A stretch of DNA of 64,000 nt from the human T2T-CHM13v2.0 reference genome, Homo sapiens, in NCBI RefSeq assembly GCF_009914755.1, contig NC_060936.1, one strand, 5' to 3'. A program made the translations under genes and the position numbers. Below the pieces are notes generated by a model, which saw only the letters and a list, made by a program, of their open reading frames with translations, made no database searches and was not told where the DNA came from. This document shows positions 1 through 14,939 of the stretch, one piece after another; within the stretch, counting starts at the first letter, position 1, and each line of letters opens with the position of its first letter.

Positions 1-1797
1 ATCCTGAAGATAGAAGATGGTTTAAAAATCATCTATTCTACCATAACAATATTTTCTTACTTCAGGTGATACATACATTTTAAACTTATAAGGGCAGATC
101 ACTATGTAAAATAAGCAAACAATTAGTCTTTTGTTGAAGCAAAACTCTTGAAAAGCTGACGGTATCCACCTTATCACTTTTAAAGCTTAGAATTTTGCTT
201 TCTTTATTTTCTTACAACCATAAATGGGACAAATACCTAGGATACTATTTTCCACACTGAAGAGAAGATAAAGAATTATATTCTTGTAACTATTATTCCA
301 TCTTCCTGTAAGGTGTTTATTAACACCTCACGTTAATTACCTTTGCACTTAGACTAATACTCATCATCATCATCTACCTTCTGTTTCTCTTTCAAATTCA
401 TAATCTAAGTTTTTTCTGGCAATGTACAAATCAGAGGTATAGGTTCCATTCAGCTGTTGAATTCAAATCACATATTTCAAACTATTTTAAACCAGGTGTA
501 AAATTCTCATCTTTTTCAAAAGATCCTTTTAATCTTACAAGAAAAAAGATATTATTTCAATCTAGAAGAGTTTCAAGATTAATTTCTAGTCTAATCCTCC
601 TTAAAATATTTATTTCCTCAAACAAATAAAGACAGAGTTTAAAATAAAAATATGATGCTCTTTGGGAAAGCTTAGTGGTGAAAATGTGCTAATGGATTAA
701 TGGTTGCTCCAGGGGAAGGTGTAATTCACATTCTGAGAGGAGCAGCTGTTCCATGATGAATGGACTGGGGGCTGTGCTTCTGGTATTTGATACTAAACAG
801 AACATCTGATGGACATCTAGCAAGAGTTGATCACATCATGATTTTGTTTTGTTTTGCTGTTGTTGTTTCTTATTATGCCCTAGAATATGGATAGCTGTAT
901 TACACTGAAGAGTCTGATCATTATGTCTTTCACATAGCAGTGGTATTTTGGCTGGTATTAATTTTGTTGTCAAAGATACAGCTGTTGTAGGAAATATTTT
1001 GAATTTTTAGTACCATCTGGTGTGCTGAAGGAAGAAGTAGTGCTCTAAGCATTGGCATCAATCCACTTTCTAAGTGGGTAATACTGGTGCTTTGAAAAAG
1101 GGGCTGTCAAAATGGGCAATGAGAGAGTCATTAATCTGAACTATTTTCATCCTTCTATCGTATCACAAATACTGAATACACTAATTCAAACAAACATCCT
1201 TAGTATGTGTGCATGTTAAAAAAAATTTCAGAATAGTTGATTATTTATAAGTAACATTGGCATTATTAATAGTTCATGACCAGAAACGTACCTACCACAG
1301 TGTATAATAAAACTGAAATGAGGAGATATACCAAGCTTGGTCTATAGCTTGTTAAGGAAGGTGATAAATTGGCACTCATCAAAGTTAAATTGGTTTTCTC
1401 TTCCATCACTCTTTATCATTAGATATCTTATTCAGATGTTTACTAAACTCATCTTCTTTTTCCCAGAATAGGTATTTATTAAGTTGGTAGAAATGAAAAA
1501 CATGTAATTACTTATGACATAATGTATTTTGCTTCAAAGCCTTGAGATATTTTTTGCAATGATTGTTTTCAGGACCTGAGAGTTCTCCAAAGGTCAAAAT
1601 ATAGTAGAAGGAAGACAGCCAGCCACTTGTCCAGGACACACATCTATACAGAGTACTAAAATATAATTGGTGTACAATAGCACACAATTACACAATTAAA
1701 TAAATGTAATAAAGAAAATATGTTTATTATAAATCCTTATACAAAAGAGCGTAAGTGATAGGGGGAACCATTTTGATAGGACAGTTGAGGTTTAGGG

Positions 1798-2319
1798 TGA
1801 TGGAATTCAGGATCCCAAAATATGGCATCTTGATACTGGAGAAAACAGCAGACGCGGGATGGTCTCTCTCTCCTTCCCCTCACATTTTCTTTCTGAGGCA
1901 GGTCATGAAACAATTCTCTGACCATCTTCTGAAGTAAATCATAAGACTTTAATGTGAGAGGTGTCCACCCCATATCCCGAGGAAAAGAACTTCCTTATCT
2001 CTGAAGTCACAGGGACACAGAGAATAATCCGAACAAACAGGCCTTGCCAACGCCCCCCCAGCTAATTACCGTTAGATCATATTGCCTTTTGTCCAATCAT
2101 ACTTCTCCACAACCGTCAACTTCTTTATCAAACTTAGCATAAAAATATATAGGTTTCTCTGATTGTTTGGGTCTTCATCCCCCTATGAAGTACCCATTGT
2201 CACATGAAACATATTACATAAATTTGTATGCTTTTCTCTTATTAATCTGTATTTTATTATGGGTGTCTCAGCCATGAACCTAATGATGAGTAAGAAAAAG
2301 AAAATTTTCCTCCTCTATA
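1798..2319 (+). mobile_element. ERV1 solo LTR, MER34/MER39 group
   Basis: TG start; CCCAAAATATGGCA; ACAGGCCTTGC, TTTGGGTCTTCAT and ATTAATCTG blocks shared with the LTR at 56002-56622. Confidence 0.75.
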
Positions 2320-2639
2320 AGAATGAGAAATACCCCAAGGGAAGATGCTTAAACAATAATATACTCCTGTTAAAATAATTTTAAGATAAGTGTGTTGTCT
2401 CTTGTTTACAGAATGAGATATAATTTTGGGGTCTGGGACTCAATTTCTAGAGAGAACAGTTTGAATAATGATGGGTTACCTCTGTCCATTCCCCATGCAA
2501 CACTTGTGCTCTTTTCCAAATAAATGGAACTTTAGGTAATTTCCAAAACATTTTTGTGTCTCTTCAAAAAAAAAAATAAGTAAGTTCCAAAACTTACCTA
2601 AAGGATATTTTTTTTTGAAGAGGCACAAAAGCATTAACT

Positions 2640-3450
2640 TTTTAGGGTAATTACGGGTTTCATAATAATCCTGGGTTGGTGAGATATTACATAAATTGTA
2701 AAGGTACAGTGCAAATTCCTCTAATTCAAGGGATATATGTGAAGCCTAAAGTGCTGTGGAGGTTTAGAGGAAGACAGGATTTTATTGTTATTCATGTGGG
2801 CTGAACTAAGAAAAAAATTGCCATAAAGGAACTGGCATTTCAGCTAACCTTAAGTAAGGATTTGGATTTCAGTCAGTGATTTTAGTGACATGAGATGTCT
2901 AACAGAAGGAAAATATGAGCTAAGACTCAAGTAGATAAAAACTCGGTGTTTGTGAAGCAGCTGGTAGTCTGGTGTCATTGAACTGTGATGTCTTTGCAGG
3001 AGGAGAATGGGAAAATAGACTTTAAGGATGGAATGTAAGCAGAACATGAAAGGACTTAAATGATGAGTTTGTTTATTGGAAACCCTTGAAGGTTTTGAGA
3101 TATATACAGAAAACATGGCCACAGGTGGAAGAAACGATGCTGGCAGGGAATAATGAGACTATACAAGGGGGAAACTCATTGAGTGTCTACTACAGTTACT
3201 TGAAGTTGCTGGTGACTTAAATTAAAATAAATGAAAATGGAAATGCAGAGACAAATATAAGCAATATTTTGGAGATCTAAGCATTACAACTTAGCAACAG
3301 AGCAGATGTTGGAATTGTAGTAAGGTGAAGGACATCAAAGAATGATAGAAATTCTACAACAATTATTAGAATAAAGCAATCAAAAAATGAAATTACCATA
3401 GAAAAAAATGTGAGGTGATGATGAGTAGAGTTTGATATATATTAACTTAA
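2640..3450 (-). mobile_element. Degenerate L2 LINE fragment
   Basis: Purine-rich L2-like motifs (GGCATTTCAGCTAACCTTAAG, GATGATGAGTAGAGTTTG); highly diverged. Confidence 0.5.
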
Positions 3451-3539
3451 TTTTAATATGATAATATTATTTATAATATTATATGATGCAAAAAAGTTTG
3501 CATCATATATTGGTGGAGGAGTATCTTGGTGAAATAACT

Positions 3540-3760
3540 GCCATTTATTGAACAGCTATAATGCATCAGTTATATAACAGTTATCTAATATAAGGTATAC
3601 ATGTATTCCTCCCAAACACCAAAACAACCCCTAGGTGTTCACCCATCCCTGCTATAAAATAATGAAACTGATGTTCTGATAGATGAAGTTATCTTGTCAA
3701 GGTGCTATAAATAATAAGGAGTAAATGTGGAATGTGAATCTACTTCTGTCTGACTTCACT
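3540..3760 (-). mobile_element. MIR SINE
   Basis: CATTTATTGAAC...GAAACTGATG...TTGTCAAGGTG core. Confidence 0.55.
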
Positions 3761-5676
3761 AAACAGAAGAATTGAAATATCATAGGAAGAAGGTAAGCCT
3801 AGACTAATGGATGAGCATTTAACTTCAGACAGGGGATCTTATCTTTCTCAGCTATAAAGGGAAATAGGCAAGTAGAGGCTGAGTAATCTCCCTCAAAGAC
3901 AGATTTGTTCTACTCAGTTAATATAGCATATATAATAGTCTTCTGATTGATGGACAGCAAGTTAATTTTCCAGTGATTGTAGGGCACACTTGATTTCAGG
4001 AACACTAAATACTGACATAATAGGCATTTGAGAATTAAAACTATATTGTATGATATGAAGTTGGCTATTCTTTTAAGATTGATGTTTTCTATAAGCTTGC
4101 TTCTATTTCTTGCTCAATGGAAGGGATATTGGGTTGGATTAAATAATTTTCTTGTAGCATTTAGATAAGAATATGTTTATTTTCTTCTTTTACTTCTCTT
4201 ATTCTGCCACTACTTACAGTTAATTGATCTTCAAGGGTTCTCCATTTTACCAGCTCATAGATACTGCCTAAATCTCTCTATTCATCCCAGTCTCCATTAT
4301 TGTCATCCTCCCAATCTATTACTGGTCCTGAACACATTCTTTCTGTTTTATGAAACTAACTCTCTATAATGCAGTCCCTGTGAAGATTTCAAAGAGTAAA
4401 TCATTCTCTTGCTCAAAACCTTTCAATAGATTCTCCATGTACTTTACATAAAGACGAAAATCCACAAGATGGCCCAAATTAAAGACTGCATGACTTGGGC
4501 TGTGCCACTCTTTTCAGAGTCAGGCATAGAAACTGGGCATATGGGAGTCCTGATGACTTTTGGCGCTATCTTTTCTATTCCGGAGCATTAAGGTTGGGCA
4601 CATTACTGTGCTACAAAAACTACAGTTACTGTCCATTTCACTTGAATTTTTTATGCTTTTTTTTTGTTTATCTTTACTTCATAGAGTTGTACCAGTTTTG
4701 GTCTTTTATATGTACATTCATGGATATCATAACTGGAAGTCAAGGGAAATTGCTGTGATTGGGAGCTGGGGTCATGAACCAGCATTTCTGATTTGCCTTA
4801 CTAAACTAGAAATCCTCATTGTTGTTTCAAAAGCCTGTAGTACGTTTCAGTCTTTGGAGGTCACGTATTAGATACCACTTAAAGCAAGGTCGTTAAGGTA
4901 ATGGTTCCAGAGAAGTTAACTTTCTTCTGCTACCATATTTCTCTTTTTTGGGGTTTATTTGAGAGTCAGATTCAGGCCCTCAAAATACACAGACAGGAGG
5001 GGATCATATTCCCGAAACAAACCAAAATAAAGGCTTTGCTCAGCTAAGACCTGTTTCTGTATATATCAAACTTTACAGCTCAGTTGTATAAACAAGGATG
5101 TTATATGTTCAAATTATTGTATTTTATTATACAGCTTACATCTAACTTGAACTCAAAATATGAAAGCATTTCATTTTTTATGTGGAAATATTTACAGTCT
5201 GTACAACCAAAGACATTTACTTTGTTCCATGTTCAAACTATTTTCTGAGGTTTAAAATCACCAGAACATGATAAACTATGTTAGAGAAACAAAACTGAGA
5301 AACTAAAAGAAAAGCAGCAGGAGGAGAAGGGGACTAGGAGAACAACTGCACAAAACTTTAGACTTATTTTGAGAGAAACACATTACTGAATTGAATTCAT
5401 CAGAAGGAGGCTAGCAAAATATTGAATTAATTAATTAGGCAGTACTCTCTCAAGAAAGCCACCATCCCTGTGCTGTCAGGGTTTGTCAGGAATTCCTGCA
5501 ACACTTTTTCTGATAATACACAATTTCCCAAACTCCCTTCTTCACCTCTTAAACATATTTATTTTGTGCCCCATTTACTCTAGATGACTGTAAGCTAATT
5601 TTTAAAAACTGAACAATCAAATTATTTCAATTGGTTTTAATAGCTTAATGTTTTCATCCCATTAAGACTGCACTGC

Positions 5677-6007
<331 letters not shown>

Positions 6008-6729
6008 CTGCACTGCATTCTCAATGAAATTACTCTAATGATGCTTACTGCAGGCATCACTGGAGGTCCCAGAGAGGTGCCTGGGACCCTCAGTCTTCAT
6101 CATTGTCCCTTAAGTTGTACACATAAGCAGTCACTTAAGCAGACTACAGAATGTCACCCAGACCTACTAGTTCAAAACCTCTGCCCTACGTGTACACACC
6201 CTTGGGTAAGTGAACCTACCAGAGATAGAGAGGAGTGTTCTAGAAGATCAGCTAATCTAAAGTATTTCTGTACCCAGGTCTAGAAGCATTAATTACTACT
6301 AGTATTGCATAATTTGAGGGAAACTATGGAAATTTCCCCTTCTGCTGGCCCGAAATATACCAGTGCCACTCTACTCTCCTTCCCGAACTTGTCTGTGAGT
6401 GAATCTCAAATTCTAGAACTGAAGTTTCGTTAAGTATGCATTTCTTGCAATGCCAATCAAATCCAGATTTTAAATTTATGAACACCTGGGAAAGATGGCA
6501 CATTAGATTACTAACAACAGAGTAGCATTGTGAGAAAAATAGGAGCCTGGAAAAGGGTTCGAAATATGTGGATAAAGTACAAATTAAGATGGAAAAAATG
6601 CAGAATGAGATATGTCTCTATTTTCCCTCTCTAAAGTATTTCTCCTCATCCAAAACTTTGAGCTCAATATAAAGTGAAATGTCCTTAGATGCTTAGAGTC
6701 ATTGGAGACCCTCAGAGAACAAAGAAGGG

Positions 6730-6750
6730 GTGTATGTGTGTGTGTGTGTG
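6730..6750. repeat. (TG)n microsatellite
   Basis: Direct reading. Confidence 0.9.
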
Positions 6751-7739
6751 CATATACAAGGAGGAAGAGGAAGGATGGCAGTTTCTGTATCTCATAAAAT
6801 TACACATATTTGAAATTCTGCTTTCCAACGAATCACTGTCTCTTAATGCCAGAGAAGTAAGAGACACCTCCAGACACTCCACATAGTAGATTATTGTAAC
6901 AACATCTTAAGAAGCCTCAGACAGGGCCCAGAGACAGAAAAATAAATACAGGAGTTTAAGTGCAGTTGGTTTCATCCAGGAACATCAGCTCAGCAGGGTT
7001 AAGACATGAAACAGACCTATGCTTCAAACATACCACTGAGTATCTAGACTATTTCCTGATATAAGCTTCTTGAATATAAATATCATAGTAATACAAATAC
7101 ACATACTTTTTACTAATGTCACTTTAACTGTTTCTGAGCTGTTTTCATAATTCTGAAAACACAGTGCACTTGGTTAATGAGAGTTACTTTTTGAGTCTCA
7201 ATAAGAATTATGGCTAATGAAATTATGCTTTATAATTCCATTTAGGAATAAAATAATATTCTAAGAAAATGTGTATTTTATTTATGATCCTTTCTATTTT
7301 AATTTTCACTTTATACATAGACAAATCCTTCACAAATTAATGTAGTAGAAAACAGACAGCAACAGCTAAGTAACAACTTGGCCCTCATTCTTAACTGGGT
7401 GAAATTGATCTTATTTAAATGTGTCATTATTTAATGATGATAATGAATGACTGAAATGATCTCCTGTTTATTATTAGGAAATTTTAAGAATGTTTAGGTG
7501 TCATAAAGAGATAATTTTAAAAGCTCAAATTTTCCATACAGAAATGAATATTGTTAGCATTTTAATATATTTTCTGTGATTCTGGGTATGTAGTTTTCTG
7601 CTTGTACGTGTTACTTTCTTTTAAATTTGCAATCATCCTGATTTGAACAAATAAATTTTTTAAATCTTATGAGTTAACTGGAAACATTTAATCACTAAAA
7701 AAAAATTGATCATATTTAGTAATAACAGTTAATTTTTAA

Positions 7740-7935
7740 ATGTAATAGTGTTATTGAAATTATGTTTTAGAGATAAAGAGTGAATATTAGTAGTTGGAAT
7801 GATATAATGCCTTGGGTTTGCTTTAAAATAATCCAGAGAAGAATAAAACGACATAGATTATGAATTAATAGCTATTGAAGATGAGTGACAAATACATGGA
7901 GGTTCATTACACTATTCCTTTAAAAAAGTTTAAAA
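7740..7935 (+). mobile_element. Old L1M (L1MC/L1ME-like) 3' UTR fragment
   Basis: GGGTTTGCTTTAAAATAATCCAG...GGAGGTTCATTACACTATT. Confidence 0.55.
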
Positions 7936-8186
7936 ATATCTTAAGTAAGTTATAGGTTATAATTAGTGGTATTATGTATACATATGTGAGTGTAGATATA
8001 TACACATTCATAAACACTTTAACTTAATTTTCAATTAACTTAAATTTTCTATACCTTTATTTCTTTTTATGTCAGTTTAACCTATTAAAAGCTGAGATAG
8101 GAGTGTAATGTCTCTCAAAACAATTGTGTTTGGTTAATTTTTTTCTAAGGATTTTTATCCTTTCAGTCTTTCTTGCCTTAAGTTCT

Positions 8187-8506
8187 TTTTCTTTTCTTTC
8201 TTTCTTTTTTTTTTTTTTTTTTTGAGATGGAGTCACGCTGTGTCACCCAGGCTGGAGTGCAGTAGCACAATCTCAACTTTCTGGCAACCTCTGCCTCCCA
8301 GGTTCAAGGGATTCTCCTTCCTCAGCCTCCCGAGTAGCTGGGACTACAGGGGGGTGCCACCACAACTGGCTAATTTTTGTATTTTTTGTAGAGACTGGGT
8401 TTCCCCATGTTGTCCAGACTGGTCTCGAATTCCTGGGCTCAAGCCATCCACCCATCTCGGCCTCCTGAAGTGCTGGGATTACAGGCTTGAGCCACCTTGC
8501 CCGGCT
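8187..8506 (-). mobile_element. Alu (AluJb-like)
   Basis: Poly(T) followed by antisense Alu body; TSD GCCTTAAGTTCT (8175-8186 / 8507-8518). Confidence 0.93.
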
Positions 8507-8929
8507 GCCTTAAGTTCTAACTTCCACACTTGTTTTTTTTTTCTTTTTGTTTGTCCCTGCTTGATAATTCCTGAACATCCCTTTGTTGTGGTGGTTGTTG
8601 CTGTTAACATTCTCTGGCATTTTGTGTTTGAACTTAAAAAGTATTTAGTGTTTTCAGAAATGTTATCTGTTTCCCTTTAATTGAGGGTTAAAATTGATTA
8701 ATTTTGTTCATAACTTTATGTTTAAAATTGAAGTTCTCATCCTGGGTTTTATTTGTTTTGCTCACTAGTATGTATGTGTGGACGGATTCACAAACACACA
8801 CATACATACAACATATGGATCATTTTTATTTTCTTTTAAACTCCACAAGAATTTGGTAGTTGCATAAATCACTTTTAGTTCTACTAGTTATAAAAAGTAG
8901 GCATTATAAAACCTGAGGTGAGGGTTACC

Positions 8930-9045
8930 CCCATTTACTATGATGTGATTTTAATGCATTGTATGCCTATATCAAAATATCTCATGTACCCCATAAATAT
9001 ATACAGTGATTACATACCCATAAAAATGAACAATTAAAAAATTAA
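8930..9045 (+). mobile_element. L1MA-like 3' terminal fragment
   Basis: CATTGTATGCCTATATCAAAATATCTCATGTACCCCATAAATATATAC. Confidence 0.75.
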
Positions 9046-9479
9046 GCATTGTAAAAACATTGTAATCTTGTTTCTACAAGTTTGAAAGCCAGGAATGAAA
9101 ATGTTTTGCTTAACTATATATGAGAAATTCAGCATATCTTTACTTCCCTGTCCATACTGTGCCCATTAGCCTTATTTGTTGATATAATATAGGCTTGGTT
9201 TCAAAATATTGTTATTAAATTGTTTATGTAAAAGGGCTTCCCTTTCAGGTTGTTTTGATGCAGAATTCATTTTGTAAAATGCACAGCAAAAATATCTGGA
9301 CAACATGCTTTATTAATTTTAATATTCAACTGTAATTTCATATTGTGATATATACATCTTTTATATGAAACATTATAAGGTATATTTTGTAAAGCATAAA
9401 ACACAGAACTCCAGTCTCATTTTATAGTGTTTATTCTTAAATTTATAGTACTTGTGGAATTTACTTTTTCAAATGATGC

Positions 9480-12270
9480 TATGAGAAACTGTGAGAGGTG
9501 AGGACACTTTCCTACTTATTCCATGAGGCCAGAATTATCCAAATACCAAAACCACTCGAAGACATGACAAGAAAAGAAAGCTATAGACCAATATACTTTG
9601 TGGACTTAAACACAAAATTCTTCAGAACATTTTAGCAAATAGAATTCAGAAATCATCTTAAAGGATGATAAATTTTTGTTAAGGATGATAAATTTTGTTT
9701 ATCCCAGGGATATCAGGTAATTTTATAACTTGATATTCAATTATCACAATTGACCATATTAATAAACTAAAGAAGAAAAAATATATGATCTTCTCAGCAG
9801 ATACAGTAAACCATTTGACACAATTCAACCTTCATTCATGATAAAGATGCTCAATAAACTAGGAATATAAAGAAACTTCCTCTACCTGATAAAAACCATT
9901 TACCATAAACATATAATATATAATGGTTTTCTTCTATAATCAATAACAAGTCAAGGAAGTTGGTTCTCATCTCTTTTATTCAACAATCTACTGGAAGTTC
10001 TAGATGAATTAGAAAGGTAGAAGTAACATTCTTTTTATTCATAAATAATGTGATTAGCTATGTCAAAAATCCTAATTCTCAAAAAGCTACTAGAAATAAT
10101 AAGAGAATTTAGCAAGTGCTAAATTGTTTAGAATTTAAGATCTATATAGAAACCTTGTTACTACTGGCAAAAAATGGAAATTAAAAATATTTAAATACTA
10201 TTTGGAATAGTATCAATAATGTGTACACATAATTTAATAAAACATATGCAAGATCTGGTAAGTGACAAAATATCATTAGACAAATTTAAAGAGAACTAAA
10301 TATATAGGAAGTTAGAGCATGTATATGGTTTGAAAGACTCAATATTGTTATGATGTCACTTATCTCTATTTTGATCTATAGATTTCAGTGCAATTCTAAC
10401 TAAACTCCCAGCAAGCTATATTTTAGAGTTTGACATTGTACCTAAAATAGAAAAGTGTGGAAATCATCCAATAGCCCAAACAATTGTAAAAAAAGAAAAC
10501 AAAGTTGGAGAATCTATCTTTCCTGATTTTGACACTGGAAAGCTGGTAATTGAGACAGTATGTGATTGGCATGAGAATAAACATGTGGACGAAAAAAATA
10601 GAGATATCAGAAATAGATCCACAAGTGTACATAAACTCATTTTTGGCAAATGTTTCAAGGTAATTCAATGAAGAGAAGTTAGTTCTTTCAACAAATGATG
10701 CTAAAACAATTGATATCCATACGGAGAGAGAGAGAGAAACTGTGTCCTTTATATCACAAAATACTCAGATGTTAACTAAAAATAGGTCATAGACTTAAAT
10801 GTAAAAGCTAAAACTATTAAAGTTCTAGGGAAAAAAACAGAAGAACATCTTTTGATCTTAGGGTAGCAAATATTTCTTAGTGCATAAAAAAGGATAAACC
10901 TTAAATAAAAAGAAAACTGATAATTTGGACTTCACTAAAAGTAAAAACTTTTGCTCTTTTTCAAATTACACTTAATGAAAGGCAAGCTATTGATTGAAAG
11001 AAAGCCATTTTCAAAATACATATCTGATAAAAGACATATTCCAGAATGTATACAGAATCTTACAATTCAGTAATATGATGACATGGCAATGGGCAAAAGA
11101 TTTGAACAGACACTTTTCCAAAGATACATGAATGGCAAATAAGCGTATGAAAGGATACTTCATATTCTTAGCCATTAGAAAACTCCAAATTAAACCCAAA
11201 GTGAGATACCATTTCACACACACTAGAACGGCTACAATGAAAAAGACTGACAATACCAAATGTTGACAAGGATGAAGAGCACCTGGAACTCTCATACATT
11301 GTGGGTAGAAATGCAAAATTGTATAGTCACTTTGGAAAACAGATGAGTAGCTTCTTATAACGTTGAATATTCACTTACCATGTGACCTAGTGATCCAACT
11401 CCTAGGTATCTATCAAAGAGAAATAAAAACCTAAGCTTAGATGAACATCTACTGCAATATTTGTAGCAGCTTTATTATGATAGCCAAAATAATAAATGTC
11501 TATCAACTTTGAAATGGATAAATACATTATACTATATCCATAAAACGAAATACTTAGCAATGAAAAGGAACAAACTACTGATACGAGCAACAACAAAGAT
11601 GGATCTCAAAAGCATTATGCTAAATAAAAGTACATACTGTATGATTTTGCTTATATGACCCTTGGGTGACAGAAGCAGATGAGTGGTTTCCAGAGGCCAG
11701 AGCTGGAAGAGAGAATTAACTACAAAAGGGCATAAGGAAACTTTACGCATTGATGGAAATGTTCTATATCATGACTGTTAGTCCATTTTCACACTGCCAT
11801 AAAGAACTGCCTGAGATTGAGTAATTTATAAAGGAAAGAAGTTTAATTGACTCACAGTTCCACATGCCTGGAGAGGCCTCAAGAAACTTACAGTCATGGC
11901 GGACAGCAAAGGAGATGCAAGGCATCTTCTTCACAAGGCAGCAGGAAGGATGATGAACGCAGGAGCAACTACCAAACACTTATAAAACCATCAGATCTCA
12001 TGAGAACTCACTATCATGAGAACAGCATGGGAGAAACCACCCCCATGATCCAATTACCTCCAGCTGGTCTCTCCCTTGACATGTGGGGATTGTGGGGAAT
12101 ATAATTCAAGATGAGATTTTGGTGGGGAAACAAAGCCTAATCATATAAATTGTGGTAGCGGTTACATGACTAAATGCATTCATCAAAACCTATTCAAATG
12201 TACATTTTAAAGTGTTGGATTTTATTGTATGTAAACTATAACTGAATAAAGCTGATATTTTTAAAGTAGA
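9480..12270 (+). mobile_element. Old L1M (L1MC/MD/ME-like): decayed ORF2 3' part plus 3' UTR, interrupted by a THE1 LTR
   Basis: L1 ORF2 motifs (ATACCAAAACC...CTATAGACCAATAT; GGGCAAAAGATTTGAACAGACAC; GAGATACCATTTCACAC); 3' end TTATTGTATGTAAACTATAACTGAATAAAGCTG. Confidence 0.9.
11776..12148 (-). mobile_element. THE1D-like MaLR solo LTR inserted in the L1 3' UTR
   Basis: TTAATTGACTCACAGTTCCAC, ATAAAACCATCAGATCTCATGAGAACTCACTATCATGAG, CCCTTGACATGTGGGGATT. Confidence 0.9.
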
Positions 12271-14168
12271 AAGAAGGCAAAATAAAGACACGTTTGAGCA
12301 AAAAAAAAAAAAAATCCTGTGAAGTCAGTGTTATTCTAAATAGAGCATGAAGAGCTTGAGCAAATTTACACAGAACCACAGCAATGAAGGCAAGCCTAGG
12401 AAATAAGGACAATAAACTAATATATGTATTAATTTTTAATAAATTCACAAAATATTTATTTAGTAGCTACCATGTCTGTACAGCATTGAGCAAACTAATT
12501 GAGATATAATAATTATTTAATCATGGCATTTATCTTCCTGCACCTCAAACTGTAGTTAAAAGATAGACCCATAAATAAGTAATTATTGTGGCATGAGGGT
12601 GGATGTTGAAAATATTTTGAAAGTGCTGTGTGAGTATAGTGGACAGAGCTGGGATTTGACTTTAGCCTAAGCCCCATCTTAGTAGGTAACTCAATAAATA
12701 TTTAGTAATCTGTTGATTGAATTCGAATGCTCTTGATTGAGTATATGCCCTATATCTAGCACTGTCCATGTAGTTGCTTAGAGGAATTTGCCCCCTTGAA
12801 GCACTAAATTTTTGGTAAATATTTCATTTTCTCTGAAATTATTTGGAACTCCTGTTATTAAAAATGTTACCCTTATCTCTCACTTAGTTAGACAGTATGA
12901 ACAGGAAATGAAAATGGAAATAAGATGCAAGATAATTGTTTTACTCTTGAATGTAAATATCTCAGTTTGCCTTGGCCTTTTGCAACTAGCAGTTGGCCAC
13001 TGTGATAACATTGTTTGGTTGGCATTATCGCTCAGTTTCCTTCCTTGGAGAGAACGTTATGCGGATTGGCTGCAGCTGTGCTCCATCAGATTCTTTTCTT
13101 CTAGGCTCCAGGGCCCTTTGACCACTGCTCCTAATTCTCCTCCCTTCCTGCTCAAGTGTATTTCATCTACAATGCATTTAATGTGGAGTTTGACAACTTC
13201 TTTTTTCCTGAAAGAAGTATAAGTGCTTTTCTCTTTATGAAATATTTTTCATAGATTAATTGCTTCCTCTTTTATTACAAAATTTCTTGGAATGTCAAAT
13301 GTATTGAGGAGCACAAGGTCTTTAACTCCCTTTGTCCCAGAGAAGTAAGATTCCCAGCAGACTGCAGATTCTTCCCAAAGTACTGTGGAGGCTTTGGCAA
13401 AAAGTGAACATTTCTCAAGTAGTTAAGTGATAATTCAGCAATTCTCATAGAAAATAAGACTCCAGTATTTTTAAAATCTATATTTTAACCATGAAATGTG
13501 TTCATCTTCCTCACAAAGATGGTATAGAAAGATACTTTTGAAGCTAGCAATCTTTCTTCTCTTCAAGTGAAATTATGGTGAACCATGTAAGTAAAGTTTA
13601 TTTGTATATTTCTGACTATTGGTAAATAAAATTAAATGCACACACACATTTATCTTTCAAAGGAATAGCTTCATAACTTTAGTTACAAATACAATTGCAG
13701 CTCTTTTTAAATTTATTTATTTTTTTTCCTGCACTATTAGCAGATAGTCCAGTATGCGACCCATGTCCTAAAGGTCTATACTCTCTAGGTATTGTTATAA
13801 AGGGCTCTTGCTCCATTTTACTCACAGCAGGAGAAGATAATACCAATTTGATCAAGTCACAATTTTATTGTTTCTCACTGCCATGTGCTATTTTATTCTC
13901 CCAAACATCCTGACAGATAGTGCCTGTGCTCTGCTGTGAGAGGTGATTCCATTTCCTTATAGTATAATTGGTAAAGAGTGCCCCACACATGATCTCCTAA
14001 GGGTACAGCTTTAAGCACTCATCACTTTTAGTTCAAATTTCTAGCAGCTACCTCCCCATAAACCTAGAATCCTCATATTCCTTTTCTCCCTGGCAACCAC
14101 ATGCATTCTGCTAGAGCTACTTATAATCAGAACTATTAGAATTCCCTTTCAAAGGGACACTCCACTCA

Positions 14169-14570
<402 letters not shown>

Positions 14571-14621
14571 TCATTATTTGTAAATGTGGTGGTATTATAT
14601 ATGTATGTATATGTATCTATG

Positions 14622-14939
14622 TACAGTTAGCTCTCGTATCCACAGGTTCAACCATGGATTTAATTGAATCACAAATAGAATACATTCAACAAATAATAAT
14701 CAAATAACAATACAATAACAAACGATAAAAGTTTAAAAACAGTACAGTATGACCATTTACATAGCATTTACATTGTATTAGGTATTGTATATCATCTAGA
14801 GATGATTTAAAGTATATGGGAGGATGTCCATAGGCTACATGTAAATATTACATCATTTTATAGAAGGGGCTTGAGTATCTGGGAATTTGGTGTGGGGGTT
14901 CTGGAACCGATGACCCATGGAAACCAAGAAACAATTGTA
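14622..14939. mobile_element. MER2-type Tigger/TcMar DNA transposon
   Basis: TACAG...TGTA ends; ATCTAGAGATGATTTAAAGTATATGGGAGGATGT core, shared with the copy at 47717-48035. Confidence 0.8.

Noticed and set aside
8222-8680. 152-aa ORF and similar ORFs at 14166, 17853, 25085, 31726, 48648 and 53610
   Set aside because: Typical Alu-derived peptides (e.g. [20 protein letters not shown])
12812-13222. 136-aa ORF, and 130-aa ORF at 15353
   Set aside because: TTG starts, no homology recognised, no convincing splice signals; expected by chance
13519-13592. Plus-strand donor CAT|GTAAGT with upstream AG sites
   Set aside because: The longer candidate exon has stops in all three frames; both acceptors are weak AAG sites and there is no other support
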